IMG/VR virus record: IMGVR_UViG_3300042401_001499
Strand: one strand, 5' to 3'
Source of the DNA: a virus
Lineage: Duplodnaviria; Heunggongvirae; Uroviricota; Caudoviricetes
DNA length: 64,000 bases
Part shown: piece after piece, positions 21,461-30,638 of the stretch
Layout of the letters: every line of letters starts with the position of its first letter
Numbering within the stretch: position 1 is the stretch's first letter
The notes under the pieces: model-generated
Database searches by the model: none
Seen by the model: only the letters and a program-made list of their open reading frames with translations
Told to the model about the DNA's origin: nothing
Translations under genes and position numbers: made by a program

Positions 21461-22314
21461 AAATAAAAGTAGCAATTATTGGTACAGGTAATATCGGAAC
21501 AGATTTATTACTCAAAGCCTTAAAGACAGACTTCATGGATGTAGTAGCATTCGTAGGTCGTAGATTAGATTCAGATGGAATGCTAACAGCTAAGAAATAC
21601 AATGTACTGATATCAGATCAAGGTATTCAATACTTTATTGACAATCCAAAGTGTTGTGATGTAGTTTACGATTGTACCTCAGCAGCAGATGCTATTGAAC
21701 ATGCTAAGATATTTAAAGACCAGGAAATAAAAGTAATTGACCTAACACCAGCCAAGGTAGGAGATATGTGCGTACCAGATGTTAACTCTGAGATTATATT
21801 GACAGATGATAATGTAAATATGATTACTTGCGGAGGACAAGCTTCAATGCCTATGCTTCATTTACTATCAAAAGAGTGCATAGGATTAGAATACATCGAA
21901 GTAGTATCACAGATTGCATCTAAGAGTGCAGGAATGGCTACAAGAATAAACGTAGACAATTACATTCAAACAACTCAGAAAGCTATAACAAAGTTTACTG
22001 GTTGTTCAAATAACAAAGTAATACTAAACCTTAACCCTGCTGAACCCTGTGTTGATATGCAGACAACTATCTTTATCAAAGCAAAGAAAGTTAATTTTGA
22101 AAATCTAACAGAGAAGGTCTTAGAAAAAATTGAAGAGTTAAGAACATACATTCCATATTACGAAATGGTGCTTCCTCCAACTATGAACGATAATGGTGTA
22201 GTTGTAATGAGTATTAAAGTAAGAGGTACAGGAGACTATCTTCCAGCCTATGCTGGTAACCTGGATATTATTAACTGTGCAGCAATTAAAGTAACAGAAA
22301 GATTGGTAAAATGA
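21457..22314 (+). CDS. Acetaldehyde dehydrogenase (acetylating), DmpF/MhpF family
   Basis: N-terminus MKIKVAIIGTGNIGTDLLLK closely matches DmpF/MhpF. ~290 aa. Confidence 0.75.
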   Translation: MKIKVAIIGTGNIGTDLLLKALKTDFMDVVAFVGRRLDSDGMLTAKKYNVLISDQGIQYFIDNPKCCDVVYDCTSAADAIEHAKIFKDQEIKVIDLTPAKVGDMCVPDVNSEIILTDDNVNMITCGGQASMPMLHLLSKECIGLEYIEVVSQIASKSAGMATRINVDNYIQTTQKAITKFTGCSNNKVILNLNPAEPCVDMQTTIFIKAKKVNFENLTEKVLEKIEELRTYIPYYEMVLPPTMNDNGVVVMSIKVRGTGDYLPAYAGNLDIINCAAIKVTERLVK

Positions 22315-23309
22315 GAAAAGTAATCATAACAGATTCAAGTCTTAGAGATGGAAATCATAGTGTTAAGCATACTATAAGTTTAGATAGTATAGCAAGGTAT
22401 TGTCAATTTGCTGATAGAGCTGGCGTACCAATTGTAGAGGTAGGTCACGGAAATGGATTAGCAGCATCCTCTTTACTTGTAGGTAAGTCTGTTAATACAG
22501 ATGAAGAGATGCTAACAACTGCTAGAAAGAATCTAAAGAATTCTAAACTAGGAATTCATATGATACCAGGACTAGCAACACTAGAACATACTAGGAGAGC
22601 AATTGATCTAGGAGTAGATGTAGTGAGAGTGGCAACACATTGTACAGAAGCAACACTATCTAAATCTCATATTGAAGCACTAGCAAAAGCAAATGTAGAA
22701 GTGTTCGGAGTATTGATGATGAGTGCTTTAATTACTCCTCTAGAATTATTAGAGCAAGCTAAAATAATGGAAGGGTATGGAGCTAAGGCTATTATTATAA
22801 TGGACTCTACAGGAACATATCTACCATTTGATGTACAGCAGAGAATTGCCCTACTGACAAGCAATCTAAATATTGCAGTAGGATTTCATGCTCATAACAA
22901 CTTAGGATGTGCAGTAGCCAATTCCCTAACAGCAGTAGAATTTGGAGCAGACTATATTGACGGATGTATTAGAGGATTTGGAGCCGGAGCAGGAAATGCA
23001 CCACTAGAAATACTTATACCAGTATTAGAGCAAACAGGCTTTCAAGTAGGAATAAACTTCCAGGAGACGATCAAAGAAGCTGATAATGTAATGAACTACT
23101 TAGTTCCATCAGCTCCTATCACAACTCCAATTAACATACTAACCGGACTTAAGAAACTATTCTCAGGATTTGAAAAGCCTATCGTAAGTGCTTCTAAGTT
23201 GTATGGAATAGAATATTCATCTCTTATCTTTGAATTAGGTAATAGAAAGTTGGTAGCCGGGCAAGAAGATCTTATCTTAGAGGTAGCACAGAAGCTAAAG
23301 AAGAGATAG
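22311..23309 (+). CDS. 4-hydroxy-2-oxovalerate aldolase-like (DmpG/MhpE DRE-TIM family)
   Basis: SLRDGNHSVKH and VEVGHGNGL motifs of the HOA aldolase family. Overlaps and pairs with the DmpF homolog. Confidence 0.75.
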   Translation: MRKVIITDSSLRDGNHSVKHTISLDSIARYCQFADRAGVPIVEVGHGNGLAASSLLVGKSVNTDEEMLTTARKNLKNSKLGIHMIPGLATLEHTRRAIDLGVDVVRVATHCTEATLSKSHIEALAKANVEVFGVLMMSALITPLELLEQAKIMEGYGAKAIIIMDSTGTYLPFDVQQRIALLTSNLNIAVGFHAHNNLGCAVANSLTAVEFGADYIDGCIRGFGAGAGNAPLEILIPVLEQTGFQVGINFQETIKEADNVMNYLVPSAPITTPINILTGLKKLFSGFEKPIVSASKLYGIEYSSLIFELGNRKLVAGQEDLILEVAQKLKKR

Positions 23310-24221
23310 ATGAACATATTAATTACAGGAGGGAATGGATTCTTAGGATCTAATATTGTTAGAAAGCTGTTAAAGGAAGGACATAGTGTCTACTTATTTT
23401 CAAACAATACAAATAACATAGAGGACATACTTCCTCAAGTTTTATTTGACTACAGTAGTACTAATTCACTACCTATGTTTAAGAAGAAAATAGAGACATT
23501 TTCACCAGACATAGTAATACATTGTGGATGGAGTGGAGGAAATAGTTACGCAGATACTAATAGTATGGATCAGTTTTATGAAAATGTAGATCCAAGTATC
23601 TCTCTACTACAACTACTAAGTAAGCTCAAGAAGAAGCCTAAGTTTGTAGGTTTTGGAAGTTTTGCAGAGTATGGAGAGATGTTCAATCCAGTAAGTGAAA
23701 CAGTCCAAGAAGTTCCTACAAACCTATATGGACTATCAAAGTATACTTTTAAGAAGTATAGTGAAATGATATGCAACCAACACAGTATAGAATGGGTATG
23801 GATAAGGCCCTGCTACGTTTACGGACCAGGAGATGTAAGCACAAGACTTCTTCCTAGTATAATTAAGAAGTTCTTAAGGAATGAAGCAGTAATACTTGAT
23901 GAGTGTACTTCTACTGTAGATTATATTTATATAGATGATTTTGTTAATTCAATTTATTTTCTTATATTAACAAAACATACAGGAGTGTACAACATATGCT
24001 CAGGAAAACAATACAAGATAAGAGATATAGTTGAGCAAGTTCATAAACAAATTGAGAGTAGTAGTACTATTGAATTTAGTGCTAATCTAAAAAGAACCTC
24101 TACATACTCTTATGTATGTGGGGACAGACGAAAGATTGATGCTGTTGCAAATATTCCAACTCAGATATCTTTAAATGAAGGATTAGTTAAAACAATAACA
24201 TATTATAAAGTAAGAAAATGA
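23310..24221 (+). CDS. NAD(P)-dependent SDR epimerase/reductase (sugar ketoreductase candidate)
   Basis: ILITGGNGFLGSNIV Rossmann motif and a YxxxK-type core (YGLSK). Confidence 0.6.
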   Translation: MNILITGGNGFLGSNIVRKLLKEGHSVYLFSNNTNNIEDILPQVLFDYSSTNSLPMFKKKIETFSPDIVIHCGWSGGNSYADTNSMDQFYENVDPSISLLQLLSKLKKKPKFVGFGSFAEYGEMFNPVSETVQEVPTNLYGLSKYTFKKYSEMICNQHSIEWVWIRPCYVYGPGDVSTRLLPSIIKKFLRNEAVILDECTSTVDYIYIDDFVNSIYFLILTKHTGVYNICSGKQYKIRDIVEQVHKQIESSSTIEFSANLKRTSTYSYVCGDRRKIDAVANIPTQISLNEGLVKTITYYKVRK

Positions 24222-24859
24222 AAAACGAAGTTGTAGTAAAAGAAGGAGGCTGGATTTGGCCTAAGAAGGATGAGAGAAGTTGGCAAGGTCAAATAAAACA
24301 AAAGGAACTAGCTCAATACATACTTCCCTATGTAGTGAAGAATGATGTAATGATACAAGCAGGTGGTAATTGTGGATTCATTCTAAGTACCTTTGTTCCC
24401 TACTTTAACAACATCTATACATTTGAACCAGATCCAATAAACTTTTATTGCTTGAATCAGAATGTTACAGCACCAAGTGTTATTAAGATGCAATGTTGCT
24501 TAGGAAAAGAAAGTACACCAGTAGCTGTACAACATCTACAAAGAGGTATAGGAGAGGGAATAGACATAGGGGGAGTACATGTTAGTGGAGTAGGGTTTAC
24601 TCCTACTATTGTTATCGACAAATTAAACCTACAGGCATGTGACTTAATTCAACTAGACATAGAAGGGTATGAACTCAATGCACTACTGGGTGCAGTAGAG
24701 ACTATTAAGAAATATAAACCTGTACTATGTATAGAGTTCTGTGAAAACTGGTTAAATAGGTATGAAGCTACGTCAGATAGTGTTGAAACTCTTTTAGTTG
24801 AATTAGGATACAAACATGTAGAATCGTACCAAGCAGATAGAATTTACATAACACAATAG
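24218..24859 (+). CDS. FkbM-family methyltransferase
   Basis: IQAGGNCGF ... YTFEPDPINFYCLNQN matches the FkbM domain signature. Confidence 0.55.
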   Translation: MKNEVVVKEGGWIWPKKDERSWQGQIKQKELAQYILPYVVKNDVMIQAGGNCGFILSTFVPYFNNIYTFEPDPINFYCLNQNVTAPSVIKMQCCLGKESTPVAVQHLQRGIGEGIDIGGVHVSGVGFTPTIVIDKLNLQACDLIQLDIEGYELNALLGAVETIKKYKPVLCIEFCENWLNRYEATSDSVETLLVELGYKHVESYQADRIYITQ

Positions 24860-24877
24860 GTTACATATATACATACA

Positions 24878-26155
24878 ATGGAAAATTCAATTAGTTTTTG
24901 CATCAATACAGCAGTAGATGAACTACCTTATTTAAAACTACTAATGAAGTCGTTAAAAGAAAATCTTAAGTACGACCACCACGAGGTAATTGTGTTTGTT
25001 GATTCTGATAATCAAAAAACCTTCGAATGGCTGACTACTCAAAAGTTAGAGTTTAAGAATCTAAAAATACTTAAAAACATACTCCCAGTATGTTATGGCC
25101 CTATTAGGAATATAAATGAAATGTTTAAATTTGCTTCTCATGAAATAGTTTCTTACCTACAGTCTGATATGGTTGTTTCTAGAAACTATGATGAGTATCT
25201 CTTAAAGCATATTAAACCTAATACGATACTATCTAGCACTAGAATTGAACCACCACTACATGGACCAGGTCCTGAGAAGCATACTGTGAACTTTGGACTA
25301 ACTCCCTCTGAGTTTGATTATGAGGGGTTTTTAAACTACTGTGACATATGTAGAGAAGATAAAACAACAAGTTACTATTTTGCACCATTTACTTTATATA
25401 GAGAGATTTGGAACACTATAGGAGGGCAAGACAACACCTTTAGACGGTCAAGAGATGACTCTGATATTTTAAATAGGTTTATACTTTCAGGAGTAGAGAT
25501 TGTTCAAACATGGGAAGCACTGGTATACCATTTTACTTGTACTTCTAGTAGAGGACCGGGCTGGCATGAGCCAAGTAATACAAAGGCACAGGAAAAGTTA
25601 CAACTCCAAGCAAGAGCAGATAAGGTAGAACTTACTAGAATATTTAGAAAGTGGGGAGAATTTAGCCATGGACATCCAACACCGTACTACTATAATATAG
25701 TCTCAGAAATTAATATAGATATAGATATAGGTAACTTAGAGTTATTTAAAAACGTTGAGATGTTTTTTATAAAAAACTACATAACTTCTAAAAAACTATA
25801 TAACGAGTTTATAAATGAGAATGAACATCTATATGCTAATATACTTTACAAGTACTCTCAAGAACAGTGGGAGGAGTACAAGTACATGTGCAACATAGAG
25901 AGATTAGAGGATAGAGTTTGTATAGGAGAACCAGAAGGAGATGTGGTAGTTTCATTTAACCTTAGTAGTATTAACCAAAATACATTTAATAATGTACTAA
26001 GTAAGTTACAACACATAATACACGAAGCAGAACCAGGTGATTATGAATTCGAAGGATTTACTTTCTCAATAAAGAACAAAGAGAATATTATAGAGACTAA
26101 ACTTAAAGTAAACAATCCTGATATAAAACCAGAACATCTATATAAGGTATACTAG
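24878..26155 (+). CDS. Glycosyltransferase family 2-like, with C-terminal extension
   Basis: VIVFVDSDN acidic motif within a GT-A-like N-terminal half. Confidence 0.4.
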   Translation: MENSISFCINTAVDELPYLKLLMKSLKENLKYDHHEVIVFVDSDNQKTFEWLTTQKLEFKNLKILKNILPVCYGPIRNINEMFKFASHEIVSYLQSDMVVSRNYDEYLLKHIKPNTILSSTRIEPPLHGPGPEKHTVNFGLTPSEFDYEGFLNYCDICREDKTTSYYFAPFTLYREIWNTIGGQDNTFRRSRDDSDILNRFILSGVEIVQTWEALVYHFTCTSSRGPGWHEPSNTKAQEKLQLQARADKVELTRIFRKWGEFSHGHPTPYYYNIVSEINIDIDIGNLELFKNVEMFFIKNYITSKKLYNEFINENEHLYANILYKYSQEQWEEYKYMCNIERLEDRVCIGEPEGDVVVSFNLSSINQNTFNNVLSKLQHIIHEAEPGDYEFEGFTFSIKNKENIIETKLKVNNPDIKPEHLYKVY

Positions 26156-26182
26156 AAAATAAACTATTTATAACAAAAACAT

Positions 26183-26533
26183 ATGAGCTTAATCAACGAA
26201 ATAAAAGAGATGCTATCAGAAGTTACCAAAGTAAACTTCAAAGGAAATAAATTTGTCCTTAAGATAGATGTAAATGAAGATCCAAATAAGAAAGGAATTA
26301 AAGTACAATTCCTTCCAACAACATTCTCAGGTATGTCTAAACAACAACAAGACGATATCGCTATGGACTTAGGAGCTAAATTAAATCAAGGATTAGCACC
26401 TCTAGGGTTAGCAGTAGAGAGAGACAGAGAGTTAAAGGATAAGACAATTGTAGGCTTCTTTATCTATATCGAATATCTAGATAAGATTATTATCAATGCT
26501 CTAAATCAAGCAGCACAAACAAGTAACGACTAA
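26183..26533 (+). CDS. Hypothetical protein
   Basis: ORF only. Confidence 0.4.
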   Translation: MSLINEIKEMLSEVTKVNFKGNKFVLKIDVNEDPNKKGIKVQFLPTTFSGMSKQQQDDIAMDLGAKLNQGLAPLGLAVERDRELKDKTIVGFFIYIEYLDKIIINALNQAAQTSND

Positions 26534-26544
26534 ATAAAAAAGAT

Positions 26545-26757
26545 ATGCCACAGTTTTGTTTTTATTCAAAGAATAACCCTACACAAGAACCAGTAGGAGT
26601 TCTACACGCAGCAAGTAGAGAAGAAGCAATAAAATTCTTCTCATTGTCAAAACAATTATCAACAAATGATTTTCTAACAATTTTCGAAGTAAAAAACTAT
26701 ACGTATGGAGCTCAAGAAGGAATTAAGGAAAACGCTAAACAATTACTTAAAGGGTAA
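26545..26757 (+). CDS. Hypothetical protein
   Basis: ORF only. Confidence 0.4.
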   Translation: MPQFCFYSKNNPTQEPVGVLHAASREEAIKFFSLSKQLSTNDFLTIFEVKNYTYGAQEGIKENAKQLLKG

Positions 26758-26779
26758 TATTAGGATAAAAGAAAGAGAT

Positions 26780-27103
26780 ATGGCTAGAGATACAATGGAA
26801 AAGAAACTTTTTATCGAAAGCATAATCCTTTTAAGAGAGATAGAAGATAGAAGAGACTTTATGGAGGAAGAGATTGGAATGGATATGTCTATGTATGAAG
26901 AGAAGTTCTTACAGATTATAGAGAATCTATTTAAAGTTCATTTTACAAAAGAACAATTTGCTTTAATACAATACTACCTATATAAAGTTCCGGAGATTGA
27001 AGATTGGGATGGAAAGATTGATATTACAGACGGAAAGGAAATGATTACTGTTGACTTTGAAACTCCTGATCAAGTATGGAATGTTATATCCAGCTTAAAA
27101 TAA
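26780..27103 (+). CDS. Hypothetical protein (start moved to the internal ATG after the upstream stop)
   Basis: Track ORF 26705 overlaps the upstream gene. ATG at 26780 is in frame and non-overlapping. Confidence 0.4.
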   Translation: MARDTMEKKLFIESIILLREIEDRRDFMEEEIGMDMSMYEEKFLQIIENLFKVHFTKEQFALIQYYLYKVPEIEDWDGKIDITDGKEMITVDFETPDQVWNVISSLK

Positions 27104-27114
27104 ATAAGAAAATA

Positions 27115-27151
27115 GTTGCTAGATAAGACTATTGTTCGTATATTTAGGTAT
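27115..27151 (+). promoter_or_regulatory. Conserved phage promoter, copy 1 (AGTTGC - ~20 nt - TATATTTAGGTAT)
   Basis: First of more than 21 near-identical copies. Bacteroidetes-type -33 TTG / -7 TAnnTTT architecture. Gene ATG at 27173. Confidence 0.6.
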
Positions 27152-27172
27152 AAATAATAAATTAAAACGGTT

Positions 27173-27580
27173 ATGAGCTTAGAACAAATTAAATGTACAA
27201 GGTGTAGGAATGATATGCCTAAACTTAGATTGGACAATTACGGATACGATTTCTGTATAGAATGTTCAGATGTAAAGCCTAAGGTAGGACGTATTAGAGT
27301 AGTTGGGGAAGGAGACTATACAGTCACTGAACTTGATATCTTAGACCAGGATACAGCTAGAAGACTTCAAGAGCTGGAGAATACCTCTAGAGGAGTTAGA
27401 AATGTTCCATTAGAGATCTTAAACTTTGATGAGGATGAAATGTCTGACGACAGTAGAGCAATCTCAGAAGCTACAGACAAAGCATTAGAAGGTGAATTAG
27501 AAGTCTTAGATGATGAAGAAGACTTAGAAGACCTAGAAGATGTTGAAGATGTAGAGCTTGAAGACGAAGACGACGAATAG
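27173..27580 (+). CDS. Zinc-ribbon protein with a highly acidic Asp/Glu-rich C-terminal tail
   Basis: CTRCRN ... CIEC C4 ribbon (DksA/TraR-like). Last 40 aa are almost entirely D/E/L. Confidence 0.5.
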   Translation: MSLEQIKCTRCRNDMPKLRLDNYGYDFCIECSDVKPKVGRIRVVGEGDYTVTELDILDQDTARRLQELENTSRGVRNVPLEILNFDEDEMSDDSRAISEATDKALEGELEVLDDEEDLEDLEDVEDVELEDEDDE

Positions 27581-28234
27581 ATGCCACCACCAAAATTCAT
27601 ATCGAAAGATGATTGCTTAAGAGCAATGCAAAATACTAGAAGTAACCGAGGAGCAGCTCGGTTTCTTCGATGTAGCTTTGTACACTATAAGAAGTATGCT
27701 AGAACGTATGTTAATGATCAAGGAGTAACTCTATGGGAGGCTCATAAGAATCAATCAGGCATAGGTATTCCTAAATATCTTCCTAACAAAGGTAAGCAAG
27801 CACCTCTTAAAGAATTGATTGAAGGGAAGATATCAGTAGCTTCTTTTGAGCCGGCTAAGATCAAACAGAGATTAATCTTTGAAGGCTATTTAAAAGAGGA
27901 ATGTAATCGATGTGGCTTTCATGAAGAGAGAGTAACAGATCATAAGATACCTTTGATACTTCAATTTAGAGATAAGAACAAAGTCAACTACGAGCTTTCT
28001 AATATAGAGCTTATGTGTTACAATTGCTCTTTCCTATACTCTGTATCACCTATCACCGATAGACAAGTAGCAGCAGCAGAGGATTCTGTAGACAGACAAG
28101 TAAGAGATTTTGATTGGGAGGTAGATGATGCAATGAAAGAGCATTTAGAATCATTAGGACTTTGGAATGAAGTACCAACAGATGGTTCACAATACATCTC
28201 AGAAAACTATAAAGGGAATGAAAAAGAAGACTAA
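27581..28234 (+). CDS. HNH-type endonuclease-like protein
   Basis: CNRCGFHEERVTDHKIP ... N ... CYNC resembles the HNH beta-beta-alpha-Me motif. Confidence 0.45.
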   Translation: MPPPKFISKDDCLRAMQNTRSNRGAARFLRCSFVHYKKYARTYVNDQGVTLWEAHKNQSGIGIPKYLPNKGKQAPLKELIEGKISVASFEPAKIKQRLIFEGYLKEECNRCGFHEERVTDHKIPLILQFRDKNKVNYELSNIELMCYNCSFLYSVSPITDRQVAAAEDSVDRQVRDFDWEVDDAMKEHLESLGLWNEVPTDGSQYISENYKGNEKED

Positions 28235-28345
28235 GCCCTCTAGGGAGAGAATTGTAGCTAACAAGCTTGTCAAACAATCTGAACAGAATGAAAAGCTGAG
28301 AGAGAAAACAATTAGTAATTCTTTTTGGAAATTATTTAGGAAATA

Positions 28346-28382
28346 GTTGCTAGAACAAACCTTTGTTCGTATATTTAGGTAT
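28346..28382 (+). promoter_or_regulatory. Conserved phage promoter, copy 2
   Basis: AGTTGCTAGAACAAACCTTTGTTCGTATATTTAGGTATGG. The ATG directly replaces the usual leader. Confidence 0.55.
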
Positions 28383-28707
28383 GGAAAAAACAGGTGCAAC
28401 AGTAAAGAAGCTTCATGACTTTAATACCTCAGGAGTATTAGAAGTATGTATAAAAGGTAACTGGTATAGGACTACTTGTAATGATTTTAGATCATTCGAT
28501 GGTAAGAGAAGAATAACTGAGCCAATCAAACAGCCAGGTATAGGGGATAGTTTTAATGATATAGAATTTAAGACCTATGACTATAACGGTCCAGTATATG
28601 TTCTTCAAACAAACTTAGAAGTAATCAGAATGGATACAGAGACAATTGTAACTAATCCATATATTGAATCAACACAAAAATCTTTACCTAACAGCAATCG
28701 TATATGA
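28381..28707 (+). CDS. Hypothetical protein (start at ATG 28381, probably leaderless)
   Basis: The track start at 28363 lies inside the promoter -7 element. ATG 28381 is in frame. Confidence 0.4.
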   Translation: MEKTGATVKKLHDFNTSGVLEVCIKGNWYRTTCNDFRSFDGKRRITEPIKQPGIGDSFNDIEFKTYDYNGPVYVLQTNLEVIRMDTETIVTNPYIESTQKSLPNSNRI

Positions 28708-29000
28708 AAAAATTAGTATTCAGATCCACAGATGAATTCTCAGAATTCTTTAAAGGAAAGAGCCCAGAGCTTACAAATGCAATAGTACATTCTATAAGAG
28801 AGGCTTTCATGTTTCATAAGAAGACAGCCAATCTATTTGAGATTACTTTTGATGAGAGTGATTCCGTATTTGAAATATCGCTATCGCATAAGGAATGGAT
28901 AATAGCATTAGAGAATTGTCTTTCTCACTATGAGGAGTGGGAGATGGGAGACGACGCAATAGATACATTTTTATTAATTAAAGAAATAAAAACATGGTAA
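28704..29000 (+). CDS. Hypothetical protein
   Basis: ORF, ATGA-coupled. Confidence 0.4.
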   Translation: MKKLVFRSTDEFSEFFKGKSPELTNAIVHSIREAFMFHKKTANLFEITFDESDSVFEISLSHKEWIIALENCLSHYEEWEMGDDAIDTFLLIKEIKTW

Positions 29001-29248
29001 AGCCTTATACTAAAACATTTACATGTGATATCACAGGAATTATAACGACCTACACTTACAACGGTGCTAGCATTGTAAATGGTATCATAAAAGCAGAGTT
29101 CGAATATCCTAAAGAATACTTAGATGAATTCAATAAAAAGGAAAAAAGACAGAGTAATCTTCCGAAAACAAAACAAATGTTCTTAAATCCTGCAACAGGA
29201 AAAGAAGTGGGATATTACAGAGCTAAGAATTTAGGCCTTGTAAAATAA
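28994..29248 (+). CDS. Hypothetical protein
   Basis: ORF only. Confidence 0.4.
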   Translation: MVKPYTKTFTCDITGIITTYTYNGASIVNGIIKAEFEYPKEYLDEFNKKEKRQSNLPKTKQMFLNPATGKEVGYYRAKNLGLVK

Positions 29249-29270
29249 ATTAAAAAAAGTTTGTATATTA

Positions 29271-29307
29271 GTTGCTAGAACGAATCTTTGTTCGTATATT
29301 TAGGTAT
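29271..29307 (+). promoter_or_regulatory. Conserved phage promoter, copy 3
   Basis: AGTTGCTAGAACGAATCTTTGTTCGTATATTTAGGTAT. Gene ATG at 29333. Confidence 0.6.
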
Positions 29308-29332
29308 AGAAATCAATTAAAAACAATAAGTT

Positions 29333-30157
29333 ATGTTAGCAAAATTCAACACAGGTTTAGATTCTTACCTTTCAAAAGATCAAGTAAAAGCTTTAGCACC
29401 AGTAGCATTCGCTACAGCACCAACAAGTGATAAAGTTAGTAAGGATTACTTACTAGTAAATACTGAGACTATCATCGATGACTTAGAAAAGTTAGGATGG
29501 CTTCCAGTTACAGCCTCTCAAAGAAAGGCTAGAAAGTCTGAAAAGGCTACAATCTTCTCCAAGCACATGGTATCCTTTCAGAATCCAGATCTTATGATCA
29601 AGGGTAAGAATGGTGATGATGCTTTTCCAAGAATCATTTTAACGAACTCCCATGATGGATTTAATTCTTTTCAGTTTAGAATTGGAATCTACAGATTGGT
29701 ATGTTCAAATGGATTGGTAGTAGCTGACGAGGAATTCTCAGCATTCAGAATACGTCACACAGGATATACCTTCGAAGAATTAAGAGGAGTAGTAGCACAA
29801 GCAGTAGCTGATCTTCCTAATAAGGTAATGATTTTAAATCAAATGCAGTTGAGAGAATTGTCTCCAGTAGAGCAAAGACAGTTAGCTATCGATGCAATGC
29901 AATTGAGAACAAATAGAATCGATGCTGTATGGGATGAAGAAACTATTCAAGACGTTTTAACTCCTATAAGAGATGCTGATAAAGGAAATGATCTTTGGAC
30001 AGTCTTTAATGTAATTCAAGAGAAGATTACTCAAGGAGGATATTCAGCAGCATTGAATGGTGCTAAGGTTAGAAAGGTTAGAAAGATCAAATCATTCGAG
30101 AAAGATCTTAAAGTGAATCAAGATTTATTCAAGCTAGCAGTAGCATTAGTAAACTAA
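29333..30157 (+). CDS. DUF932-family protein
   Basis: Size and the conserved stretch ILTNSHDGFNSFQFRIGIYRLVCSNGLV are typical of DUF932. Confidence 0.5.
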   Translation: MLAKFNTGLDSYLSKDQVKALAPVAFATAPTSDKVSKDYLLVNTETIIDDLEKLGWLPVTASQRKARKSEKATIFSKHMVSFQNPDLMIKGKNGDDAFPRIILTNSHDGFNSFQFRIGIYRLVCSNGLVVADEEFSAFRIRHTGYTFEELRGVVAQAVADLPNKVMILNQMQLRELSPVEQRQLAIDAMQLRTNRIDAVWDEETIQDVLTPIRDADKGNDLWTVFNVIQEKITQGGYSAALNGAKVRKVRKIKSFEKDLKVNQDLFKLAVALVN

Positions 30158-30396
30158 TGGATAGAGCAAAGTATATACAGATGAGAAAATCAGGCCAGTA
30201 TGATCTGGCTTGGTTTTACCAATACTTCCTGGAGAATAAGGATAAGAATAGAGTAACACCTCCCTTTGAAATATTTCAACAAGCCTTCAATATGTACTTC
30301 CAAATGAATGGAGCATTTATTCTAGAGCATATGGACAAGAAGATGGATGTATCAAAGATAGAAGATCAACAAGGAAATTTAATATACATAAACTAA
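30157..30396 (+). CDS. Hypothetical protein
   Basis: ORF only. Confidence 0.35.
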   Translation: MDRAKYIQMRKSGQYDLAWFYQYFLENKDKNRVTPPFEIFQQAFNMYFQMNGAFILEHMDKKMDVSKIEDQQGNLIYIN

Positions 30397-30398
30397 AC

Positions 30399-30638
30399 AT
30401 GGAAGGAAAAGTAAAAACACCGAAGGAATTAATGGCAGACTTAAAAGGAAATTACATTCAAGTAATTAAAAAGAATGGAAAGACTCACGATAAGCTTTAT
30501 AAAGATCCTCAGAGAGCAATCAGAGGAGTAGGAGGAGTAGAATATGTAAAGTACTTAAGAGAAGTTCTTAAAGAGCAAGTCAATTCAAGATACACAGAAG
30601 TAGATTCATTAACAGGAACACCAGAAAACGAATTATAA
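30399..30638 (+). CDS. Hypothetical protein
   Basis: ORF only. Confidence 0.35.
   Translation: MEGKVKTPKELMADLKGNYIQVIKKNGKTHDKLYKDPQRAIRGVGGVEYVKYLREVLKEQVNSRYTEVDSLTGTPENEL

Noticed and set aside
28218-28346. 42-codon Lys/Arg-rich ORF overlapping the end of the HNH gene
   Set aside because: It is out of frame and overlaps a better-supported gene. It has no promoter copy and is likely a chance ORF.
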